DNA of 64,000 nt, from contig CAZJVE010000001.1 in assembly GCA_964549685.1 (NCBI GenBank), positions 107,906-171,905 of the forward strand. Direction: 5' to 3'. Source of the stretch: an uncultured archaeon. GTDB taxonomy: Archaea > Altiarchaeota > Altiarchaeia > IMC4 > QMZM01. The position numbers and the translations under genes were made by a program. Positions 49,244-57,816 of this stretch are shown in pieces. Positions within the stretch are counted from its first letter, which is position 1; the number at the start of each line of letters is the position of its first letter. The notes under the pieces are model-generated. The model did no database searches and was not told where the DNA came from. It saw only the letters and a list, made by a program, of their open reading frames with translations.

Positions 49244-49849
49244 ATGACAAAAAAGGAACATCCGGAGTTTTTGCTGGAGCTGAAGAGGCAGCTGGTGCAT
49301 TTGTTCATGGGCATAGTGATTTCTCTCTCAGTCTACTTCGTGTATCCGTTTATGGGCCGGTTTGTCCTTCTGCCATTGATTGTTATACTGTTATTCATCT
49401 TTACCCTCCCGCGGCTGATAACGGACATATGGCTGTTCAACCATCTCTTCCTGCACTTCGAGAGGGAAGACGACATAATGAATTTTCCGTTCAGGGGCGC
49501 GTTCTGGTACGGGGTGGGGATAATCCCCCCGATTCTGTTCCTGCCGCTGAATCCCGCCTGCGCAGTGATTGCTGTTCTGTCTGCGGGGGATTCCATGTCA
49601 ACCATAGTCGGGAAATTCCTTGGTAAGAGAAGATACGGCCATAAGAGCGCCGAGGGTTTTCTGTCCTTTTTCGTCTTCGGCTTCCTTGCCGCCTCGGTGT
49701 TTGTAAGCCCAGGGCTGGCCATTATGTTTGCCTTTCTAGGAGCAGTGATGGAGTTCCTCACGTTTATAGACGATAACCTTTTAATCCCCCTGGGCCTGAG
49801 CGTTTTTTATGTCCTGGCTTCGAACATAATTAGGTTGAATCTAATGTGA
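49244..49849 (+). CDS. CTP-dependent polyprenol/dolichol kinase-like membrane protein (Sec59/CdsA superfamily)
   Basis: GDSMSTIVGKFLGKRRYGHKSAEG motif in a polytopic membrane protein. Confidence 0.5.
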   Translation: MTKKEHPEFLLELKRQLVHLFMGIVISLSVYFVYPFMGRFVLLPLIVILLFIFTLPRLITDIWLFNHLFLHFEREDDIMNFPFRGAFWYGVGIIPPILFLPLNPACAVIAVLSAGDSMSTIVGKFLGKRRYGHKSAEGFLSFFVFGFLAASVFVSPGLAIMFAFLGAVMEFLTFIDDNLLIPLGLSVFYVLASNIIRLNLM

Positions 49850-49866
49850 TTATCCAATCATTCGTT

Positions 49867-49941
49867 GGGCCCGTAGCCTAGCCTGGATAGGGCACCGGAC
49901 TTCTAATCCGGAGATCACGGGTTCGAATCCCGTCGGGTCCG
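49867..49941 (+). tRNA. tRNA-Arg (anticodon TCT)
   Basis: Cloverleaf: acceptor GGGCCCG/CGGGTCC, D-arm GCCT..GGGC, anticodon arm CCGGA-CTTCTAA-TCCGG, T-arm ACGGG-TTCGAAT-CCCGT. Confidence 0.85.
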
Positions 49942-50125
49942 TTGAACTGGCGTCAGTGTGGCGGAGCGACTTCGTCGCTCCGACATATGTCCGAGAGGCT
50001 GCGCCTCTCGGCCACATTCACACCGGAGCGAGTTTGTGGGTTCTTTGAACCCACATAACGCACTGTGAATTCCCCTGCGGTTCAGGGGGGAATTCTGCCA
50101 GTCACGTGTGGGTTTTTCTTTTAGA
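49942..50125 (+). other. Compact multi-hairpin structured element immediately downstream of tRNA-Arg, ending in an oligo-T tract (candidate ncRNA or DNA palindrome cluster)
   Basis: Four near-perfect stem-loops: 49963..49981, 49991..50011, 50036..50054 and 50067..50095. Flanking imperfect direct repeats GGCGTCAGTGTGG / GCCAGTCACGTGTGG. T-run at 50111..50125. Confidence 0.5.
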
Positions 50126-50143
50126 AAAACCAAAAGATTAAAA

Positions 50144-50392
50144 ATGGCGAGCAAATCTGAGGAGGGAAGGGTCAGCATCAGACTTGATGTGATAAAGGAC
50201 GTCATAGAAGACATTGACAGGAACCACGAGCTGCAGAAAATCTTTGGTTCCCCGGTCTCTGAGTCCCTGGTTATTGTTGCGGACAACAACGACATCAGGG
50301 TAGAAGAGGGCGGGGCAATAAAGCTGACAAAGGCCGAGTGTAAGCGGTTTGCTGATGTCCTTAATGGGATTATAGAAAACAGCACGCTTTAA
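50144..50392 (+). CDS. Hypothetical small protein
   Basis: ORF with plausible start MASKSEEGRV; no recognisable motif. Confidence 0.35.
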   Translation: MASKSEEGRVSIRLDVIKDVIEDIDRNHELQKIFGSPVSESLVIVADNNDIRVEEGGAIKLTKAECKRFADVLNGIIENSTL

Positions 50393-50393
50393 G

Positions 50394-50684
50394 ATGTTCG
50401 AGTGCATGAGAGAGACCAAAGAGGGAGTCATTATAGAAATCTATGTGGTTCCCGGTTCTAAGAACGGTGGGTTTTCCTATGAATCCTGGGAAAAACGACT
50501 GAAGGTAAGGGTTTCTTCCCCCGCCGTTAAGGGAAAGGCAAACAGAGAGGTTGTTGCTATTTTCTCCGAGCTGTTCGGTAATTGTGAACTCGTTTCGGGA
50601 CCGGGCTCGAGAAAGAAGAGTTTGTTGGTTGAGGGTAAGAATATGAAGGAGGTAAGTGAAATTCTGGGTTCTCTGGTGAATTAG
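50394..50684 (+). CDS. DUF167 (YggU-like) protein
   Basis: Family-typical segment VKVRVSSPAVKGKANREV. Confidence 0.6.
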   Translation: MFECMRETKEGVIIEIYVVPGSKNGGFSYESWEKRLKVRVSSPAVKGKANREVVAIFSELFGNCELVSGPGSRKKSLLVEGKNMKEVSEILGSLVN

Positions 50685-50856
50685 GCATATTTATTGATTG
50701 AATTCCAAGGAATATGAGAATTGTTTCAGATTCACTCGTCAAGAATATAACGCGTTCACGCTCATAGTTGTTTGCCTTAATGAGAAGGATACCGGGGGTT
50801 AGCACTATTTCTTGGCTGTGATGCCTGAATAATTCCAAACACGTTTAAATTTTGAG

Positions 50857-52008
50857 GTGATTGATATGGCAAAAGCGCCAGCAGATACGGTAAAATACAA
50901 CATATACGCGGACATTATCATAGACGGCGTGGTTGAGAAACCAGACGTCGTCGGAGCGATTTTCGGGCAGTCGGAAGGCCTGCTCGGAGAAGAGCTTGAA
51001 CTGAGAGACTTGCAGAAGACCGGAAGAATAGGTCGGATAGAGGTTGATGTTTCAACAAAGGCAGGAAAGTCGACGGGAAAAGTTACGGTACCCTCCAGCC
51101 TGGATATGGTCGAGACGTCAATTATCGCTGCTGCGATAGAAGGAGTCGATAGGGTGGGTCCCTGTAACGCGAAAATAACGGTAAAAGACGTTGAAGATGC
51201 AAGAACTGCAAAGAGGAAGTCTGTGATTGATAGAGCAAAAGAGCTCCTGAAGAAGTTGATGGATGAGGAGATACCTGAAAGCGGTGAGCTAACTGAAGAG
51301 GTCAAGAAGGCGGTTCAGTTGAGTGAAATTGGTGATTATAGAGGGCTTCCTGCGGGACCTACGATAAGCGGTGCTGAGAGCGTCATTCTTGTCGAGGGCA
51401 GAGCAGACGTGATAACTCTGTTAAAGGCAGGGATAAAGAATGCCGTTGCTGTTGGTGGTACAAACATTCCAAAGGCCATTGTGGACCTAAGCAAGGAAAA
51501 AACGACCATTGCCTTTCTGGACGGTGACCGCGGCGGTGAGATGATACTGAAGGAATTATCACAGGTTTCTGAGATTGATTTTGTAGCTAGGGCGCCGAGA
51601 GGGAAAGAGGTGGAGGAGTTGGGCAAGAAAGAAATAATAATGGCTCTGAGAAGGAAGGCCCCCCTAAGCCAGGTAAAGGGAAACAATAATAGAGCACCCG
51701 AAAAGGCCCACCCAAAATCGAAAGAGAGTAAAGACACGCGGCTCCTGTCTCTTTTGGGGGACGTAAAGGGAAAATTAACCGCAAGGCTATATGACAGCAA
51801 CCTGAACCAGATTACGGAGATTGAGATTAAGGACCTTATAGACTCCCTTGGTGGGGTGCAGCCATACTGTGTCGTTTTTGATGGCATCGTTACCCAGAGG
51901 CTGATAGATGCTGCTGCATCAAGTAAGGTTAAGTGTGTTGTGGGCATAAACAAGTCATCAATCTCTAACACACGAGGAGTTCAGATTGTTACTGAGAGGG
52001 ATAAATAA
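50857..52008 (+). CDS. dnaG: Archaeal DnaG primase (Toprim; exosome-associated)
   Basis: Archaeal DnaG N-terminus (KYNIYADIIIDGVVEKPDVVGAIFGQSEGLLG) and Toprim acidic motifs. Confidence 0.85.
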   Translation: MIDMAKAPADTVKYNIYADIIIDGVVEKPDVVGAIFGQSEGLLGEELELRDLQKTGRIGRIEVDVSTKAGKSTGKVTVPSSLDMVETSIIAAAIEGVDRVGPCNAKITVKDVEDARTAKRKSVIDRAKELLKKLMDEEIPESGELTEEVKKAVQLSEIGDYRGLPAGPTISGAESVILVEGRADVITLLKAGIKNAVAVGGTNIPKAIVDLSKEKTTIAFLDGDRGGEMILKELSQVSEIDFVARAPRGKEVEELGKKEIIMALRRKAPLSQVKGNNNRAPEKAHPKSKESKDTRLLSLLGDVKGKLTARLYDSNLNQITEIEIKDLIDSLGGVQPYCVVFDGIVTQRLIDAAASSKVKCVVGINKSSISNTRGVQIVTERDK

Positions 52009-52011
52009 TCC

Positions 52012-52032
52012 CTCTTCTTTTTTTCTATTTTT
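52012..52032 (+). terminator. Oligo-T tract downstream of dnaG
   Basis: cctcttctttttttctatttttatcc. Confidence 0.35.
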
Positions 52033-52067
52033 ATCCGTCTGAATCTAACTTAATAGTGGGTTCAAAC

Positions 52068-53531
52068 ATGCGCCTTGAGAGCATAGATAGCACCAGAGAC
52101 GTTGAAATTGTAAGAGACCCAATGGCCAGGATTGTTGGGCAGAGTGGTGCTATAGAACGAGTCAAGGTCGCCATAAAACAGAGAAGACACCTGCTTCTTG
52201 TTGGTCCCCCCGGAATCGGGAAGTCTATGATTGCTCAGGCGATTGCCCTTTCCCTTCCAAAGCCAGAAGAGGAGATTCGTATTCTTCATAACCCAGAGAA
52301 TCTGGAGAGGCCAGTTCTCAAGGTTGTATCTGGAGGGGAGGCCAGGGAGGAAGAAGCGCCACCGTCTGCTGATGAGCGGACCGTTAGCCCGCAGTCTGTT
52401 CCGTCCTTTGTTGCGGAGCGCCTTGGCTTCCGATGCTTTGTTTGTGGAGCAATAAGCGGCGCACGGGAGCGGACGTGTCCCTCCTGCGGAGCAAACAAAT
52501 ATAAGAAATTCGCATGGAACCAGCAGAGCTCGCCCCTTGGGGAGATAATAACTGAGGTCTTTGAGATTGAGGGGGAGGGTCCCGAACTGGAGGTGAAAAC
52601 AGTAACTGCCGGGCCCTCTGGAAAGGAACGCGTTGTGGTCTACCGCAGGACAGATGAGGGGAGGATTATGGTTCTGCAGGGGGGGGAGTTAGAGGGGCCG
52701 GCTCAAGAAAATGCTCCCCCGGCAACGAAGGTTCTGGTTCCACTTGGTAGGGCCCCGTTCGTTCGTGCTACTGGCGCCTCAGAGACCGAGCTTTTGGGCG
52801 ATGTAAGGCACGATCCGTATGGTGGCCACCCAGAGATTGGGGCCCCCGCGTATCAAAGGGTTGTTCCTGGTGCGATACATGAGGCTCATGAGGGCGTTCT
52901 CTTCATAGACGAGCTGCCTTCCATGGAGCATTTGCAGGGCTTCATCCTGACCGCGATGCAGGAAAAGAAATTTCCAATTATTGGCAGAAATCCGCACTCC
53001 TCCGGGGCTTCGGTAAAGGTCGAGGCCGTGCCCTGCGACTTTGTTTTTGTGGGCGCGTGTAACACGCGGGAGCTTGCCGGGATGCTTCCTGCCCTGCGCT
53101 CCAGAATTGTTGGTTCGGGTTATGAAATATTGCTGGAGACTACGATGCCTGATTGTGAGGAGAACAAAATGGCTTTGGTCAGGTTTATTGCACAGGAGAT
53201 TGAATTGGACGGCAGAATCCCCCACGCCAGTAGGGGGGCCGTTGAGGAGATAATAAAGGTTGCCAGAAAGCGGGCATTAGAGATAGATGGTGTGAGAAAC
53301 GCCCTCTCCCTTCGCCTTAGAGAGCTCGGGGGCCTGATACGGCTTGCGGGGGACATTGCCGTGTCTGAGGGCACGGAATTTATAGAAGGAAAGCACGTTA
53401 AGGAGGGCATCACGGAAACAAAGCCCATAGAACACCAGTTAAGGGAAAAATACGGCTCTGTTTGGAAGGGGCTGGAGCGCGATAGTTATATTGATTCTAC
53501 CCAGGACCCCCGGCTTGAGGGTTATGGGTGA
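52068..53531 (+). CDS. LonB-like AAA+ ATPase lacking a protease domain, with Zn-ribbon insertion
   Basis: LonB-type N-terminus, Walker A GPPGIGKS, CxxC...CxxC insert, Walker B FIDELP, no S16 Ser-Lys domain; the track ORF starts at GTG 52056. Confidence 0.55.
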   Translation: MRLESIDSTRDVEIVRDPMARIVGQSGAIERVKVAIKQRRHLLLVGPPGIGKSMIAQAIALSLPKPEEEIRILHNPENLERPVLKVVSGGEAREEEAPPSADERTVSPQSVPSFVAERLGFRCFVCGAISGARERTCPSCGANKYKKFAWNQQSSPLGEIITEVFEIEGEGPELEVKTVTAGPSGKERVVVYRRTDEGRIMVLQGGELEGPAQENAPPATKVLVPLGRAPFVRATGASETELLGDVRHDPYGGHPEIGAPAYQRVVPGAIHEAHEGVLFIDELPSMEHLQGFILTAMQEKKFPIIGRNPHSSGASVKVEAVPCDFVFVGACNTRELAGMLPALRSRIVGSGYEILLETTMPDCEENKMALVRFIAQEIELDGRIPHASRGAVEEIIKVARKRALEIDGVRNALSLRLRELGGLIRLAGDIAVSEGTEFIEGKHVKEGITETKPIEHQLREKYGSVWKGLERDSYIDSTQDPRLEGYG

Positions 53532-53577
53532 GGGGGGACATTTCCGGTATTCTGGCGTGTCTTTGTTTTGGGTAGGA

Positions 53578-53680
53578 GTTAGGCACTACGTTCTGATTTC
53601 GGGGGCCCGAGTTAGGCACTACACTAAGGCATCAAAACTTAGGCACTACAAAACCAAAAGTAGAATAAGTTAGGCACTAC
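53578..53680 (+). repeat. Array of four direct copies of 12-mer GTTAGGCACTAC (15-mer consensus RAGTTAGGCACTACA), with 16-21 nt spacers, in a convergent intergenic region
   Basis: Exact copies at 53578, 53611, 53638 (first base C) and 53669; first unit followed by a GGGGG run. Confidence 0.85.
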
Positions 53681-53749
53681 ATAAAAATAGAATTGGTTGG
53701 GTGTCCTCTCAGATCAACGAATATTTAGACGCTGCGCGTTTCGGCTTAA

Positions 53750-54061
53750 CTATTCCTCGGCCGCTGCTTCCTCAGCACCGGCCACTACCAATTTACCGAA
53801 TTTCCCTGTGCTTACTTGGATTTCGCCGCGATACTCTTTCGCCCATCCATTCTCTATAACTATCTTGTCGTTTGCCTTTACTTGGTCCGCCTGTTCGTTC
53901 CAGAGGGTTAGGTTTATCTCGCCGGTTTCGTCCTTCGCCTTGGCGTTTGCCACTCGACCGGTGCCTCTAAAATTGGTAAACTCCCGTGGTTCCTCAACCT
54001 CAACTACCTCCACCTCAAGCACGTCAACGGGCTTGTTTGGCTGAACATCCTTTATCTGCAT
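53750..54061 (-). CDS. OB-fold nucleic-acid-binding protein (short RPA/SSB-like)
   Basis: Single OB-fold pattern and acidic C-terminal tail (AEEAAAEE). Confidence 0.55.
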   Translation of the reverse strand: MQIKDVQPNKPVDVLEVEVVEVEEPREFTNFRGTGRVANAKAKDETGEINLTLWNEQADQVKANDKIVIENGWAKEYRGEIQVSTGKFGKLVVAGAEEAAAEE

Positions 54062-54129
54062 TTTATATACCTCATGAAATAATAGATTTATGATTTAGAT
54101 GAGGAACTATATAAATGAGCCATTGGTTA

Positions 54130-54939
54130 CTATACTCCTATTTTAATCCTATTATTAATCTCTTTTAGAATAGCGATAGTAGATAGTGCTGCGAGATAGC
54201 TTGTTTTTGGGTTGTTAGGAGAGGGTAGGTTTTCCATCCTGACTTTGAATTCCCCAAACTCTCCTTTAACACGAATTTCATGAATGTTCCTCTCCACACC
54301 CGGGTCCGCTATTATTCTTAGTTTCGTTTTATCAAACCCTATGCCTGCCAAAGAGAGGGTGGCAGCAACATTAACGTTTTTTGGGAATTTTTTGATTCCC
54401 TCTCTTGCAGAACCATCATAGAGCACGGTTTCTTTGTCGGTTGTAGTGCCTAACTCTGCCGGGGGCTTCCGCGTTGTCAATTCAACCGAGTCGATTCCCT
54501 TGGCTTTGGCTGCCTTTATCCCATCCAAACCAGCAACCGCCCCGGAGGGAAGATAGACCGTGCTTTTGTTTTTATTGCTGCTCTCCACCAGCCCGTTAAA
54601 CACCGTTTCATCAGCAAGGGCACCGACACTCATTATAATCAAGCCCCGGCCGGAATTCAGAACCCCCACCCCATATTCCTTCACCGCGTCCTGCGACGCC
54701 GCCTCAACTATCAAATCAGTGCCCTGGAGCAGGCCCTCGAAGGAGCCTGCAACGCTTGGTTTCCTACTCAACGACTCTGCTAATCCTCTGGCTCGCTCGG
54801 CGTCCTGGTCAAAGACGGCAACCAGGCTGCAATTAACCTCTCCGTTATCAATTGCCTCGGCCAGAATTCTGCCGATGTTCCCGCAACCAAGGAGGCCGAT
54901 TCTCATCTTCTTCCCTTCCCTACTTATCTCCTTATCCAT
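54130..54939 (-). CDS. nadX: L-aspartate dehydrogenase
   Basis: Rossmann start MRIGLLGCGNIG and the NadX-family C-terminal domain. Confidence 0.75.
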   Translation of the reverse strand: MDKEISREGKKMRIGLLGCGNIGRILAEAIDNGEVNCSLVAVFDQDAERARGLAESLSRKPSVAGSFEGLLQGTDLIVEAASQDAVKEYGVGVLNSGRGLIIMSVGALADETVFNGLVESSNKNKSTVYLPSGAVAGLDGIKAAKAKGIDSVELTTRKPPAELGTTTDKETVLYDGSAREGIKKFPKNVNVAATLSLAGIGFDKTKLRIIADPGVERNIHEIRVKGEFGEFKVRMENLPSPNNPKTSYLAALSTIAILKEINNRIKIGV

Positions 54940-55739
54940 AACTGCACCCTGATTAGAATATACAAGAGGAAAAAGATAAAAGAGAGCACCAGGACGCGTA
55001 GTTTTGACACCGGCCGCGCCTGAGTCAAACCACCGGCATCAAAAAACTTCCCCCGTTCAATATCCTCGACATACTTGAGAATTCCCCTCTTATGTCCTGC
55101 ACCAACAATGGCCAGGATTTTCTTATCCGGGTTATTTGCCTGGAGCTGGTGGAGCGACAGGGCCATGTACCTGTCTCTTTCATCAACCAGAGCACCGTAA
55201 AGGCGGGGCAGCCGGCGTCTGACAACACCCATAACCTTTTCAATATTCTCCTCCTCAAGGATGCTGCTCAAATCGTTCCCGAACAGGTCCCCAAAGACCA
55301 ACGCCTCCTCCTTACCGAGACGCGCCATCCTTAGAATCTCCCTGAACGGAATATTGACAAGCCTGCTGACGGTAACCTCAATATCCCTGTCAATCAGCGC
55401 TGTTCCTGCACCGATTTCATTGGAGAACTGAATAGCAGCGAACATATCTGAGCCCGGCGGAAGCCCATACCTCTTTCCAATATCCTGCTGAATCAAAGCG
55501 AGAATTCCACCCAGGAATACAAGAAACGACCCCCCTCTCACCACATCGGCTATTATGCTGCCCGCGCTTTTCTGTGCCCCGCCCTGGTAGAAACCAGCAC
55601 CTTGCGATTCTATTACCCGGAATCTCTTTTCACACAGCTCAAGAGCAACGATGTCCGGTCTCTCATCAAAGACGGCCTCCCTGACGCCCTCAACACTCCT
55701 CTCCAGAATGTGCCCCGTCCCGACGATTTTTATATTCAT
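54924..55739 (-). CDS. TraB/GumN family protein
   Basis: Conserved start MNIKIVGTGHILERS; family-typical length. Confidence 0.6.
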   Translation of the reverse strand: MNIKIVGTGHILERSVEGVREAVFDERPDIVALELCEKRFRVIESQGAGFYQGGAQKSAGSIIADVVRGGSFLVFLGGILALIQQDIGKRYGLPPGSDMFAAIQFSNEIGAGTALIDRDIEVTVSRLVNIPFREILRMARLGKEEALVFGDLFGNDLSSILEEENIEKVMGVVRRRLPRLYGALVDERDRYMALSLHQLQANNPDKKILAIVGAGHKRGILKYVEDIERGKFFDAGGLTQARPVSKLRVLVLSFIFFLLYILIRVQLWIRR

Positions 55740-55803
55740 CCTTACATAATTAAATACACGAAATTTAAATGGTTGGACAAAATCAACTAATTGGAGGGAT
55801 AAA

Positions 55804-56097
55804 ATGAGCAGGAGACTATCACAATTCTATGGGATGGACATATATACGGAACAGGCAGAGTACGTGGGTAAGGTGGAGGACGTTATTCTAAATCTGGACA
55901 AGGGCGAGATTATGCGTCTCACGCTCCGGTCATTCAAGACCAGAAGGATACCAAGCGAGGACGTGAGGAAGATTCTCCAGGAAGAGAGCATTGGATACCC
56001 CGATATAGAGCGGGTCGCTGACATAATAATATGCAAAAAAGACCCCCGGAAGTCAAAGAAGCGGGAGAAGATTCCAACCCTAGAGGCGGCAGAATAA
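55804..56097 (+). CDS. PRC-barrel domain protein
   Basis: YGMDIYTEQAEYVGKVEDVILNLDKGEI PRC-barrel pattern. Confidence 0.6.
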   Translation: MSRRLSQFYGMDIYTEQAEYVGKVEDVILNLDKGEIMRLTLRSFKTRRIPSEDVRKILQEESIGYPDIERVADIIICKKDPRKSKKREKIPTLEAAE

Positions 56098-56112
56098 TCC
56101 CGCCAAATCAGG

Positions 56113-56661
56113 ATGGATATGATTCAATTGAGAGAAAACCTTCTAGAGCTGATTAAAACAGAGGCACTCTCTAATCAACCAGTCAAACTTTCTTCTGGGA
56201 AAGAGAGCAGCTACTATATCGACTGTCGGCTCGTTACTTTGAACCCGGCGGGCTCGCTGGCGATTGCCGAGATTCTCTTCGATATGTTAGCCGACGACGA
56301 GATTGATGCATTCGGTGGTCCGACGCTTGGAGCTGACCCCATATGTGGTTCTCTGGCAGCACTAAGCCAGCAGAAAGGAAAACCACTCCCATCATTCATT
56401 ATACGGAAAGAGCCCAAGGCCCACGGCAAGGGCAAATGGATTGAGGGCCCGCTGAAAACCGACTCTAGAGTCGCAATCTTCGATGACGTTGCAACAAGCG
56501 GCGGCTCCCTACTGAAGGCCATAAAGGCAGTAGAAGAGATGGGCTGCAAGGTGGCGAGAGTCATTGTTCTGGTGGACCGGGGGGAGGGGGCGAAAGAGAA
56601 GCTGGCCGAAGAAGGCCACAGCCTTGAGGCAATATTCACAAAAGAAGACCTCGGGGTCTGA
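56113..56661 (+). CDS. pyrE: Orotate phosphoribosyltransferase
   Basis: PRPP-binding motif VAIFDDVATSGGS. Confidence 0.85.
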   Translation: MDMIQLRENLLELIKTEALSNQPVKLSSGKESSYYIDCRLVTLNPAGSLAIAEILFDMLADDEIDAFGGPTLGADPICGSLAALSQQKGKPLPSFIIRKEPKAHGKGKWIEGPLKTDSRVAIFDDVATSGGSLLKAIKAVEEMGCKVARVIVLVDRGEGAKEKLAEEGHSLEAIFTKEDLGV

Positions 56662-56663
56662 AA

Positions 56664-57503
56664 ATGAACCATGCTGCTCTGAAGAAACGACTTCGGGAGA
56701 TGGTCCACGAGGACGCTGGGGCCGGGGACATAACAACGGCGCTCGTTCCAAACAAGAAAGCCAGGGCAGAGATTGTGGCGAAGGAGCCATGCATCGTTGC
56801 AGGAACCAAAGAACTGAATTCATTATTTTCTTTATTTAATATAAAAATTACGAAGTCTACCAAAGACGGAGCAAGGGTGAGAAAGGGCCAGCGAATTCTT
56901 TCTCTTTCTGGGAATTCCCACGACATTCTTGTTGTTGAGAGAACGGCGCTCAATATTCTATCAAGAATGAGCGGAATTGCCTCATTGACAGCAGAGGTTC
57001 TGAAAGAGGCAAGGAAGGGCAGCCCCAAAATAAGGATTGCGGCAACAAGAAAGACAACCCCCCTCTTCGGATATTTCGAGAAGAAGGCAATAAAGGCCGC
57101 CGGGGGAGAAACACACCGCATGGGTCTGTGGGACATGGTTCTTATCAAGGACAACCACCTTGGGTTCTTTGGGGGCATAACTGAGGCAGTACGGGCAGCA
57201 AAGCGAGGCAGGCCCCGCAACGACAGGATTGAGATTGAGGCCTCAAACCCGAAAGAGGCGTTGGAAGCGGCAAAGGCCGGGGCGGACATAATTATGCTCG
57301 ACAACTTCACGCCGAGGGCGATAGGGAAAACGATATCGCTGCTGAAGGAGAATAAACTAAGGAAGGGAACCGTCCTTGAGGCCTCCGGCGGCATAACGAA
57401 GAAAAGCATCAGGGCTTACGCAAAGACAGGCGTTGATGTAATCTCGCTCGGGATGCTCACGCACTCGGCAAAGGCGAAGGACTTCTCGCTGAGAATAATA
57501 TAA
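56664..57503 (+). CDS. nadC: Nicotinate-nucleotide pyrophosphorylase (carboxylating)
   Basis: QPRTase N-terminal and TIM-barrel domains (IMLDNF, ASGGI). Confidence 0.85.
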   Translation: MNHAALKKRLREMVHEDAGAGDITTALVPNKKARAEIVAKEPCIVAGTKELNSLFSLFNIKITKSTKDGARVRKGQRILSLSGNSHDILVVERTALNILSRMSGIASLTAEVLKEARKGSPKIRIAATRKTTPLFGYFEKKAIKAAGGETHRMGLWDMVLIKDNHLGFFGGITEAVRAAKRGRPRNDRIEIEASNPKEALEAAKAGADIIMLDNFTPRAIGKTISLLKENKLRKGTVLEASGGITKKSIRAYAKTGVDVISLGMLTHSAKAKDFSLRII

Positions 57504-57504
57504 A

Positions 57505-57813
57505 ATGTTCCGTCTTGTGTACATAACCTGCGGCGGCAATGAGGAAGCGGAAAGGATTTCCGACGCTCTCGTTAAGGAGAAGCTTGCAGCATGCGTGAAT
57601 TTCTTCCCAATAAACTCCGTATTTGAATGGGAAGGGGAAATAAAACAGGAAAAGGAGTTCGCCATGCTCTGCAAAACGACGCAGGACAAAATCCCCCAAC
57701 TAAAGAAAAGGGTGAAGGAGATTCACAGCTATGAGATTCCCGCAATCCTCATTATAGAAATAAAAGAGGGAAACGAGGAATTCCTTAGGTGGGTTGATAA
57801 GTGCCTGGAATAG
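57505..57813 (+). CDS. cutA: Divalent-cation tolerance protein CutA
   Basis: CutA1 family: LAACVNF, WKGEI-like region, 100 aa. Confidence 0.75.
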   Translation: MFRLVYITCGGNEEAERISDALVKEKLAACVNFFPINSVFEWEGEIKQEKEFAMLCKTTQDKIPQLKKRVKEIHSYEIPAILIIEIKEGNEEFLRWVDKCLE

Positions 57814-57816
57814 TTT

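Noticed and set aside
49942-50125. The hairpin cluster as SRP RNA (SRP54 is encoded nearby at 44656..45972) or RNase P RNA
   Set aside because: It is too short (~180 nt). It lacks the helix-8 GGAA tetraloop and AGCAGC motif of SRP RNA and the CR-I/CR-V motifs of RNase P RNA.
50685-50856. A box C/D sRNA in the dnaG upstream region (GTGATGC ... CTGA)
   Set aside because: The putative C and D boxes are adjacent with no guide region, and no C'/D' or terminal stem is present; it is more likely promoter sequence plus decayed motif copies.
54062-54129. The inverted repeat CCTCATGAAATAATAGATTTATGATTTAGATGAGG upstream of the OB-fold gene as a regulatory palindrome
   Set aside because: It is AT-rich promoter-region sequence with a short 6-bp arm. 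This is plausible operator material, but it is not distinguishable from chance without comparative data.
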